NCBI RefSeq assembly: GCF_044905095.1
Contig: NZ_CP173258.1
Location: forward strand, 2,931,277-2,995,276
DNA length: 64,000 nucleotides
DNA from: Sphingomonas sp. MMS24-J13
GTDB lineage: Bacteria > Pseudomonadota > Alphaproteobacteria > Sphingomonadales > Sphingomonadaceae
Reading direction: 5' to 3'
Each line of letters opens with the position of its first letter. Position 1 is the first letter of the stretch. Position numbers and translations under genes: made by a program. The notes beneath the pieces are model-generated. The model searched no databases, was not told where the DNA came from, and saw nothing but the letters and a program-made list of their open reading frames with translations. Positions 8,730 to 16,839 of the stretch are shown here, piece after piece.

Positions 8730-11711
8730 ATGAAGCGCTTTTACGGACTATCGTCGTTCAGCCTGGGGATGGCGCTGGCGGCCAGTGTCATGGCGGCCCC
8801 GGCCGGGGCACAGGCGCTCGATGCGCAGGCGAATTTCGCGATCGCAGCGGGCGATCTGCGCAGCGGCCTGTCGGATTATTCGCGTGCCAGCGGGGTCCAG
8901 GTGGTGGTGCCGCCCGCAGCCGTCGAGGGCAAACAAACGCAGGGCGTCTCCGGCAAGCATAGCGCGCGTGAGGCGCTCGCGATCCTGCTGCGCGGTACGG
9001 GCCTCGCGCCGTCGGTCACCGGCGGGGTCGTGGTGTTGAAGCCGGGCCCTACGCCGCGCCGCGCGCCCGTCGTGGCCGTGGCGCAGACCGCCGTCACCCC
9101 GGTCAGCCTTGATCAGGCGAGCAGCGACGCCGGCAACGAGCCCGAGATCGTCGTCACCGGCTATCGGGCGAGCCTTAAGGCAGCCGAGGATTACAAGCGC
9201 CGCGCGGTCGGATCCGAGGACGATATCCTCGCGCAGGACATCGCCGCTTTCCCCGATCTCAACCTCGCGGAATCGCTCCAACGCGTACCGGGCGTGACGA
9301 TCACGCGCGATAGCGGCGAGGGCCGCCAGATCACGCTGCGCGGCCTCGGCCCCGATTTCACCCGTACCCAGCTCAACGGCATGGAGGTGCTGGGCAACAC
9401 CGCGTCGGGCATGGACAATCGCGGGGGCGTCAGCCGATCGCGCTCGTTCGATTTCAGCCTGTTCGCGTCCGAATTGTTCAACCGCGTGACGGTCCAGAAA
9501 TCCTATGCGGCCGATCAGGACGAAGGCGGCATCGCCGGCACCGTCCAGCTCCATACCGCGCGGCCGTTCGATTATAGCGGCTCGAAATTCGTGGTCTCCG
9601 CCAAGGGGCAGACCAACACCAATACCAGCGGCGTGACCCCACGCATGGTCGGCCTCGCATCGGGCCATTGGGGCGATTTCGGCGCGTTGGTCTCGGTCGC
9701 CTACAGCCAGATCCGGAGCAACGAATATGGCTATCGCAACTGGGGCTGGGGCCTCGTCAAATACAACCCCGGCAATATCGGCCCGAACATCAGCGCGGCC
9801 GACAGCGCCTTGCTCCAATCGGGCACGCTCTATGCCCCGCAGGCGGAATCGCCGTCGACCTGGTACACCGATCGCAAGCGGCTCGGCATCACATCCTCGT
9901 TGCAATATCACCCCGGCACGGCGTTCAAGCTCGACGTCGACATGCTGTATGGCCGGCTGTGGGATCATCGCGACGACTATGCGATCGCAAGCGCGGGCAG
10001 CAATGCGCTCACCGGCAGCCCGATCGGCGGCAAGCAGATCATCCAGTCGGCGGTCATCGACGGCAATACGCTCCGCGCGGCAAGCTACACGGGCATCGAC
10101 CAGCGCTCCGAACATCATATCGTCGAGAACCACACCGATTTCTATCAGGGCGTGGCGAATGCGAGTTGGCAGGCGAGCGATCGCCTCAAGTTCACGGCTC
10201 TGGGCGGTTACGAGGAATCCGATTTCCGCCAGCCGGTGTTCGACAAGGTTTTCATGGAGGCCAAGAACATGGCTTTCAGCTTCGACGACCGGCCGACCAT
10301 CCCGGTCAACACCTATGGCGTCGACCTGACCAACCCGAGCCTGTGGGCGCTCCAGCGGCTCGACACGCAGGAAAACGCGATCACCACCAAATATGCCAAC
10401 GGCAAGCTGGACGCGACCTACACGCTGAACGAGGCCTCGGCGTTCAAGGTCGGCGGCAGCTACAAGCATTTCATCAACAGCGGCTATCAGTACAACAACA
10501 AGGTGTTCCACAATGTCCCCGCGGACGTCGCCATTCCCGATAATCTCAAGATGGTGATCGGGCGGGATTCATTGATCCCGTACGTCGTCGGCAATGTCGA
10601 CGGGGTCTATTCCTACATCGGCGATCCGCGCAATCTGACGGTCGCCAATCTCCAGGCGGGCAGCGATTACAAGGTCGACGAGGCGACGTGGAGCGGCTTC
10701 GCGCAATATGATCTCGACACCTGGGTCGCGGGCATGCGGCTACGCGCCAATGCCGGCGTGCGTTATTATTCGACCGATCTGACCTCGTCGGGCCATCTCG
10801 CCACCGCCACGACCGGGCTGCAGCCGGTCGCGATCACCACCAACAGCCATGGCTGGCTGCCGACCTTCAACCTGGCACTCGATTTGACCAAGCAGATCGT
10901 CGCGCGGATCAGTGTCGATCGCAACGTCAACCGCCCGGCCTTGAGCGATCTGGCGGCGGCAGGATCGATCACGACGCGGCCGAACGGCGGCAGCGTCAGC
11001 TTCGGCAATCCTTTCCTGAAGCCGTACAAGGCGACGTCGGCCGAAGGGTCGATCGAATATTATATGGATCGCACCGGCTTCGCGTCGATCGGCCTGTTCT
11101 ACAAGCATATGGACAGCTTCATCACGTCGTCGACCAAGCAGATGCCCTACAGCCAGACCGGCCTGCCGCTTTCGTTGCTGATCCAGGGCGAGGACGGCAA
11201 CACCACCTTCGACGTGACCCAACCGATCAACGGTGCCGGCGCCGACATCAAGGGGGTCGAGGCCGCGTTCCAGCATGATTTCACCTTCCTGCCGGGGCCG
11301 CTCAAGCATCTCGGCATCGTCGCCAACGGCACGTGGTTCGACGGGCACCAGAAAGGCGTGATCAACGGCGTGACGGTGACCTTGCCTCTCTACAATCTCT
11401 CCAAATGGGCGGCCAACGCGACGCTTTATTATGAGAATCCGGTGTGGGGCGTGCGCGTCTCGACCGCCTATCGCAGCCAGTATCTCACCAGCCTGGGCAG
11501 CGGCGGCAATGTCGGTGACGGCATCCACGCGACCAACAACGTCGATTTCCAGGCGCACTGGAACGTGATCCCGCACGTCCGGCTGGTGGTGGAGGGGATC
11601 AACCTCACCAACCAGGCGATCCGCCAGTTTGCGGATCAGACCGCGGATCGGCCGGAAGTTTATACGACCAGCGGGCGGACGTTCACCTTCGGCGTGACCG
11701 CAGAATTTTGA
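8730..11711 (+). CDS. TonB-dependent receptor/transducer with N-terminal STN signalling domain (FecA-like)
   Basis: Signal peptide, then an STN domain (FAIAAGDLRSGLSDYSRASGVQVVVPP...ALAILLRGTGL), plug, 22-strand barrel, and a C-terminal aromatic residue (AEF). RBS ggaggga lies upstream of the ATG at 8730. Confidence 0.85.
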   Translation: MKRFYGLSSFSLGMALAASVMAAPAGAQALDAQANFAIAAGDLRSGLSDYSRASGVQVVVPPAAVEGKQTQGVSGKHSAREALAILLRGTGLAPSVTGGVVVLKPGPTPRRAPVVAVAQTAVTPVSLDQASSDAGNEPEIVVTGYRASLKAAEDYKRRAVGSEDDILAQDIAAFPDLNLAESLQRVPGVTITRDSGEGRQITLRGLGPDFTRTQLNGMEVLGNTASGMDNRGGVSRSRSFDFSLFASELFNRVTVQKSYAADQDEGGIAGTVQLHTARPFDYSGSKFVVSAKGQTNTNTSGVTPRMVGLASGHWGDFGALVSVAYSQIRSNEYGYRNWGWGLVKYNPGNIGPNISAADSALLQSGTLYAPQAESPSTWYTDRKRLGITSSLQYHPGTAFKLDVDMLYGRLWDHRDDYAIASAGSNALTGSPIGGKQIIQSAVIDGNTLRAASYTGIDQRSEHHIVENHTDFYQGVANASWQASDRLKFTALGGYEESDFRQPVFDKVFMEAKNMAFSFDDRPTIPVNTYGVDLTNPSLWALQRLDTQENAITTKYANGKLDATYTLNEASAFKVGGSYKHFINSGYQYNNKVFHNVPADVAIPDNLKMVIGRDSLIPYVVGNVDGVYSYIGDPRNLTVANLQAGSDYKVDEATWSGFAQYDLDTWVAGMRLRANAGVRYYSTDLTSSGHLATATTGLQPVAITTNSHGWLPTFNLALDLTKQIVARISVDRNVNRPALSDLAAAGSITTRPNGGSVSFGNPFLKPYKATSAEGSIEYYMDRTGFASIGLFYKHMDSFITSSTKQMPYSQTGLPLSLLIQGEDGNTTFDVTQPINGAGADIKGVEAAFQHDFTFLPGPLKHLGIVANGTWFDGHQKGVINGVTVTLPLYNLSKWAANATLYYENPVWGVRVSTAYRSQYLTSLGSGGNVGDGIHATNNVDFQAHWNVIPHVRLVVEGINLTNQAIRQFADQTADRPEVYTTSGRTFTFGVTAEF

Positions 11712-11717
11712 GTTATA

Positions 11718-11866
11718 AGCCCCCGCTTCTTCGGAGGCGGGGGCTTAACCCGGATACTCGTCACCCCGGCTTTGAGCCGGGGTCCCGCTGCCTTTCGACG
11801 GACCGGAAAGAGCGGGAGCCCGGGTCAAGCCCGGGGTGACGATTTAATTTGGGCGGGAATGACCTC
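11718..11866. terminator. Terminator hairpin (gcccccgcttcttcggaggcgggggc) plus composite array of palindromic repeats
   Basis: Perfect GC hairpin right after the receptor stop. It is followed by cgtcaccccggctttgagccggggtc ... gacccgggtcaagcccggggtgacg inverted repeats and a gcgggaatgacc half-site of family A. Confidence 0.6.
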
Positions 11867-13447
11867 TTACCGCCCCCCGCTCGTCCGCCGGATGAACGCC
11901 GCCACATTCTGATGCAGCGCCTTCAGCGCCGGCAGGTTGGCGTAAACCATGTGGCCGGACTCGTAGTATCGATATTCGATATTGCCGGTCAGGTTCGCCG
12001 GGATCGGCAGATGGTGCATCTCGTACCAGCCCTCGAAATAAGGGGTCGACACGTCGAAATAGCCGCCATTGACCATCACCTTGAGCTCGGGATTCTGCTT
12101 CATCGCCGCGGCGAGATCGGGCAGCACGTTGGGCAGGGCGATGAGCGGCTTGTCGGCGCCGGGCGGCTGATGCTTGTAATCCCAGTCGCTGTAGAGCGGG
12201 GCCCCCGACTTGAACGCGATCTCCGGACTGTAGCGCAGCGTATCGCGCACATAGGCATTGAACGTCGCAACGTAGGCAGCGCCCAAGGCCGCGCTCTGCG
12301 GATCGTAGCCAGCGACCTTGCTCAGCGGATCGAGCGTCGCGCCGGCAAAGCGGGTGTCGAGCGTGCCGGTGGTCAGTTCCCGATCGGCCAGCAACTCCTT
12401 CTGGAAGGCACCATATTCGATCCGCAAATTGGTCTTCAGCAGATAGGAGACCGATAGCCCGGTGAAGCCCGCCAGTTTCCCGGCGATCGCCTGACGCTCG
12501 GCGGCGGGCAGATCGTTGCCCTTCATCAGCGCCAGCGCATAGTCGCTGGTGGCGAACGCCTCGACCCGATCGAGGAAGCCGCGCAGATCGGCCGGGCGAT
12601 CGGCGATCCGGTTGTGGTACCAGGCGCTCGCGGCATAGGTGGGCAACGCGACGATATAGGGCAGGTCGACCGTCGGGTTCACCTGCGGATCGTCGGGCAT
12701 CAGATCCCAGTTGAGGATGTTCGAGAGCAGGATCACGCCGTTGAGATCGACATCCTTCTTCTGCAGCGCGAGCGACAACCCCGCCGCGCGCATCGTGCCA
12801 TAGCTTTCGCCGAACACATATTTGGGCGAGTTCCAGCGGCCGTATTTCGACAGGAACTGCGTCACGAACTGCGCGAAGGCGTCGATATCCTGATCGACGC
12901 CGTAAAAGGCCTTCTCCTTGTCCTTGCCGGCGACGCGGCTGAAGCCCGTGCCGGGCGCATCGATGAAGACGAGATCGCTCGCATCGAGCAGGCTCTCGTC
13001 ATTGTTGACGACGGGATAGGGCGCGGCCGGCGTATGGCTGTGATCGGCGGTCTGGACGCGGACCGGGCCGAACGCGCCCATATGCAACCACACGCTGGGC
13101 GAGCCGGGGCCGCCGTTGAAGACGAAGGTGATCGGACGATCGGCCGCGCGCACACCGTCCTTGAGATAGGCGACGTAGAACATCGAGGCTTCGGCCTTGG
13201 CCTTGTCGTCGGCCTTGGCGGCATCGGCCTGCACCTCGACCGCGTCGGTATCCTCCCAGCCTTTGGCATGGATGACGAGGGTGCCGGTAGTCGCCTGATA
13301 GCCGATCCGCTGCCCCGCGACCGTGACCGACCCGCTCGACTTGACCTCGCTCGGCGTGAAGAGCGGCTTGAGCGGAGCGGGGTCCGCGGCCTGAAGCGCG
13401 GTGGAGGCAAGCAAAGCCGTCAGCATCGTCGCGGTCGTGGTTTTCAT
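11867..13447 (-). CDS. Secreted serine carboxypeptidase, peptidase family S10
   Basis: Signal peptide starting MKTTTATMLTALL. GESYG (FGESYGTM) active-site motif and GGPGSPS motif of S10. The upstream in-frame extension to 13531 is low-GC3 and spurious. Confidence 0.75.
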   Translation of the reverse strand: MKTTTATMLTALLASTALQAADPAPLKPLFTPSEVKSSGSVTVAGQRIGYQATTGTLVIHAKGWEDTDAVEVQADAAKADDKAKAEASMFYVAYLKDGVRAADRPITFVFNGGPGSPSVWLHMGAFGPVRVQTADHSHTPAAPYPVVNNDESLLDASDLVFIDAPGTGFSRVAGKDKEKAFYGVDQDIDAFAQFVTQFLSKYGRWNSPKYVFGESYGTMRAAGLSLALQKKDVDLNGVILLSNILNWDLMPDDPQVNPTVDLPYIVALPTYAASAWYHNRIADRPADLRGFLDRVEAFATSDYALALMKGNDLPAAERQAIAGKLAGFTGLSVSYLLKTNLRIEYGAFQKELLADRELTTGTLDTRFAGATLDPLSKVAGYDPQSAALGAAYVATFNAYVRDTLRYSPEIAFKSGAPLYSDWDYKHQPPGADKPLIALPNVLPDLAAAMKQNPELKVMVNGGYFDVSTPYFEGWYEMHHLPIPANLTGNIEYRYYESGHMVYANLPALKALHQNVAAFIRRTSGGR

Positions 13448-13568
13448 GAGGCGGCTTCCCCCTTTCGGCATGATTGCCCGGGATTGCAGCCGCCTCTTGC
13501 ATGAGCAAGCGAAATGCTTGCCTCGCCGCACATGGGGGCTCAGGGGCAGGACGAGACTGGGGAGCGAT

Positions 13569-14996
13569 ATGGCGGGCGACGATCAGCGGGCATGGGCGGC
13601 AATGGCGCAGGCCGCGCGCCACGCGATCGACTATCGGCGCGGGATCGCCACCGCCGAAACGACGCCCGCTGCCAGCTATGCCGACATGCTCGCGGCCTTC
13701 GCCGGCCCTGTCCCTGAAAATCCCGGCGATCCCGAACGGATCATCGGCGAGCTGGTCGAGCGCGCCACGCCCGGCATCCGCGCCTCGACCGCTCCGCGCT
13801 TCTTCGGCTGGGTGATCGGAAGTTCGCATCCGACCGGCGTCGCGGCCGACTGGCTGGCATCGGCGTGGGGGCAGAATGCGGGCAATCTCGTCGCGGCGCC
13901 GGCCTCGTCGGCGATCGAGGCGGTCGCGGCCGGCTGGCTGCTCGATCTCCTCGGCCTGCCGGCCGAAGCTTCGGTCGGATATGTCACCGGCGCCACCGTC
14001 GCCAACTTCGTCTGTCTCGCCGCGGCCCGGAGCGAGATGCTGCGGCGGGTCGGCTGGGACGTCGAGGCGGATGGGATGTTCGGGGCGCCCCCGATCGAGA
14101 TCCTGATCGGCGCCGACGCGCACGCGACCGTCTTTTCCGGCCTCAAATATCTCGGCTTCGGCGCGAAGCGGGTCACCACGATCGAGACCGACGCCATGGG
14201 CCGCATCATCCCTGCCTCGTTCGAACAAGCGGTGCGTGCCAATGCCGGCCCGAAGATCGCGATCCTGCAGGCCGGGCAGATCAACACCGGCGCCAGCGAT
14301 CCGTTCGAGGAGATCGTACCCATCGCGCACGATGCAGGCGCGTGGTGCCATGTCGATGGCGCGTTCGGCCTGTGGGCGCAGGCGAGCACAGCTTATCGGG
14401 ATCAGACGCGTGGCGTCGCGCTCGCGGATTCGTGGGGCACCGACGGCCACAAATGGCTCCAGACGCCGTACGATTGCGGCTTCGCGATCGTGCGCGATGC
14501 CGAGGCGCATGCCCGCGCGATGGCGATCTCGGCCAGCTATTTGCCGGGCTCCCAAGGCGCCGAGCGCGATCCCTCCGCTTACGTGCCCGAGCTCTCGCGC
14601 CGCGCGCGCGGCTTCGGCACCTGGGCGATGATCCGGCAATACGGACGCAGCGGCATCGCCGAGCTGGTCGAGCGCAATTGCGGCGTCGCGCGCTTCATGG
14701 GCGAGACTTTGGCGCTGGAGCCCGGGATCGACCTGGTCTGCCCGGTGGTGCTCAACCAGTTCATGCTGCGCTTCCATGCCGAGGGCCGCGATGTCGATGC
14801 GCTGACCAAAAAGGTGGTCGAGCAGGTGCAGGCCGACGCGGTGGCGTTCATCGGATCGTCGTTGTGGCGCGGCCAGTGGGTGATGCGCGTATCGGTATCG
14901 TCCGCGGCGACGACGTTCTCGGATGCCGAGGTGACGGTGGCGGCGGTGATCAATGCTTGGCGGAAAGTATCAGCCAACCCAGTCGCCCCTGCGTAG
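13569..14996 (+). CDS. Pyridoxal-phosphate-dependent decarboxylase (group II, fold type I)
   Basis: DGHKWLQTPYDCGF lysine motif typical of DDC/GAD-like decarboxylases. The start at 13569 (MAGDDQ) was chosen because the 13401 start overlaps the peptidase gene. Confidence 0.7.
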   Translation: MAGDDQRAWAAMAQAARHAIDYRRGIATAETTPAASYADMLAAFAGPVPENPGDPERIIGELVERATPGIRASTAPRFFGWVIGSSHPTGVAADWLASAWGQNAGNLVAAPASSAIEAVAAGWLLDLLGLPAEASVGYVTGATVANFVCLAAARSEMLRRVGWDVEADGMFGAPPIEILIGADAHATVFSGLKYLGFGAKRVTTIETDAMGRIIPASFEQAVRANAGPKIAILQAGQINTGASDPFEEIVPIAHDAGAWCHVDGAFGLWAQASTAYRDQTRGVALADSWGTDGHKWLQTPYDCGFAIVRDAEAHARAMAISASYLPGSQGAERDPSAYVPELSRRARGFGTWAMIRQYGRSGIAELVERNCGVARFMGETLALEPGIDLVCPVVLNQFMLRFHAEGRDVDALTKKVVEQVQADAVAFIGSSLWRGQWVMRVSVSSAATTFSDAEVTVAAVINAWRKVSANPVAPA

Positions 14997-15073
14997 GCAG
15001 GGGCCCATCTCTCCAACCATTTAAGCCGCCTCTCGTGCCAAAAGACATGGGCCCCTGCCTGCGCAGGGGCGAC
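14982..15073. repeat. Palindromic MITE-like element, family B (TIR gtcgcccctgcg-aggcaggggccca ... tgggcccctgcc-gcgcaggggcgac)
   Basis: A second copy with near-identical 25-nt TIRs lies at 29107..29198. The left TIR contains the last 5 codons and the TAG stop of the decarboxylase. Confidence 0.7.
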
Positions 15074-15081
15074 GGGAGAGG

Positions 15082-16725
15082 TTAGCCGATCACCTTCGTA
15101 TCGCCCCGCCACGCTAGTCGCGCGCCCGCACGATCCGCCCGCGCCGCCTGTTTCCTGCCCAACGCATCCTCCGCCTTCGCCCGGATCGCAAGCGCGACCG
15201 CATCGCGCGGGCGACGCTTCAACGATGCATCGGCCGCCGTGACCGCATCGCCCGCCTTGCCGCTTGCGAGCAAGGCGGCGGCGACGTCGCGGCGGACCGG
15301 ATACCACCAGATCGGCGGATCGGTCGCATCGGCGAAGGTCTTTGATTCCTCGATCGACGCGGCCTTTGCGAAGAGCTTCGCGGCGTCGACCGGCTTGTTC
15401 TGCAGCATCGCCGCACGTCCCTCGAGCACCAGCTTGGCGAGCTTGAACAATTTGGGGGCGGCCCCGCCCGTCGGATCGGGGTCGAGCGTCTCCGGCATCG
15501 CCTTCGCCTCGGCCAGCACGCCAGCGACATTGCCGGCGCGCGCGAACATCTCGCCGCGCGCATAACGCCAGAAGGCCTGCGCCGGACCATTATCCTTGCC
15601 CGGATCGGGGATGGCGAGCATTTCTTCGGCCGGCGCGTAGCGCGCGATCGCGATATAGGCGTCGCCGACGGCATGCTGGCTGTAGCGGTCGATCCTGGGC
15701 GTGCGCTTCGCCATCGCCACCACCGGCCGCGCCAGCCCGAGCGCGGCATTGCCGTCATCGGCCATCAGCGCGCCGGCGATCCCGAATACGACGTTGTGCC
15801 CGTAATAAGAGAGCGTCCAGCGCCCGTCGGGCTCGGCCAGCTTGAGCCGCTTCGCATTGTCGTCGCCGATCGCGACCGCATGGATGTTGGCCGTCGCCGC
15901 ATCCTCATAGCGCCCGATCCAGTAATAGGTATGCGAAGGCATGTGGACGAGGTGGCTCGCCGCCGGTGCGAGCGCCGCGAGCTTGTCCGCATAAGGCGTC
16001 GCGCGATCGGGATAGCCGCCCGCCTCGGTTGCATGGATGTAGAAATGGATCGCCGGCGTATAATCCGGATGACGCTTGAGCACGCCTTCGAGCAAAGCGA
16101 CCGGGCGAAGCATGCTCGCCGGCTTGTAATCGCTGTCGATCATCAACGCGTCGGCGGCGACGACGGCGATCTCGTCATCACCGGGCGATGCCGTGGCCAT
16201 CGCGTCCATCGCCTGCGCGAAGGCGTGATTGCCCTTGTCGTTGGTGTAACGCAGCCTGAGCGCGGCGATCAGAGCGCGCTCGTTCGGGGGTCCATCCTGC
16301 GCCAGTTTCTCGGCGGTGAGCGTGATCAGCGCGAGCTTCTCGCGGGCCTTGGCATCGATGCCGTAGTTGATCGTCGGCCCCGACGACCACGCTTCGCCCC
16401 ACGCGCACATCGCGCAATCGGGATCGAGCCGGCGTGCCTGCTGGAACGCCTCGATCGCGGCCTTGTGCGCGAAGGCGTGGGCAAGCTGCATGCCGTTGTC
16501 GAAGAAGGCCTGCGCCGTCGGATTCTTTGTCCGGATCGCGAAGCCACCGCCGCCATAGCCGGCGAGGATGCGCGGACTGCTGCCGGTGTCGACCGGATCG
16601 CCGCACCAATGCGGTGTGGCCGGGACAGGCGCTGGCGGTGGGGGCGGGGGCGCGCTGCCGAACAGGATCAGCATGGCGGGAATCAACAGTTTGCGCACGG
16701 GCGCCGCTCCAGAATCCGGGACCAT
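15082..16725 (-). CDS. Hypothetical secreted protein with TPR-like helical repeats
   Basis: Start refined to MVPDSG...LLIPAMLILFGSA signal peptide, followed by a Pro-rich linker. The remainder is helical-repeat-like. No specific family recognised. Confidence 0.45.
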   Translation of the reverse strand: MVPDSGAAPVRKLLIPAMLILFGSAPPPPPPAPVPATPHWCGDPVDTGSSPRILAGYGGGGFAIRTKNPTAQAFFDNGMQLAHAFAHKAAIEAFQQARRLDPDCAMCAWGEAWSSGPTINYGIDAKAREKLALITLTAEKLAQDGPPNERALIAALRLRYTNDKGNHAFAQAMDAMATASPGDDEIAVVAADALMIDSDYKPASMLRPVALLEGVLKRHPDYTPAIHFYIHATEAGGYPDRATPYADKLAALAPAASHLVHMPSHTYYWIGRYEDAATANIHAVAIGDDNAKRLKLAEPDGRWTLSYYGHNVVFGIAGALMADDGNAALGLARPVVAMAKRTPRIDRYSQHAVGDAYIAIARYAPAEEMLAIPDPGKDNGPAQAFWRYARGEMFARAGNVAGVLAEAKAMPETLDPDPTGGAAPKLFKLAKLVLEGRAAMLQNKPVDAAKLFAKAASIEESKTFADATDPPIWWYPVRRDVAAALLASGKAGDAVTAADASLKRRPRDAVALAIRAKAEDALGRKQAARADRAGARLAWRGDTKVIG

Positions 16726-16839
16726 CCATCTGCTCGCACGATCGGACAGCGAATGCGACGGGAATGTGCTTCGGCTCGCTGGCGGAACGAGCAGGGCTGC
16801 TCTATGCCGGTCGTTTCCTGCCCGAACGAGACTAAATCC

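Noticed and set aside
8748-10511. 587-aa minus-strand ORF inside the STN-TonB receptor gene
   Set aside because: Antisense open frame typical of high-GC DNA. It has Arg/Ala/Gly-rich composition and no domains, while the plus-strand receptor has unambiguous STN, plug and barrel motifs.
13865-15085. ORFs ending in the peptide KDMGPCLRRGDGRG (also 28774..29154 with MPLVTRDMGPCLRRGD)
   Set aside because: The shared peptide is simply the family B palindromic repeat translated. Both ORFs are otherwise antisense or out-of-frame to real genes. The RGD-like motif is coincidental.
15673-16839. N-terminal 389 aa of the 1027-aa ORF 15673..18756
   Set aside because: Entirely antisense to the better-supported secreted TPR-like gene (15082..16725), with no domain content. 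The real MCP starts at ATG 16840 (MALVKK) after the divergent promoter gap.
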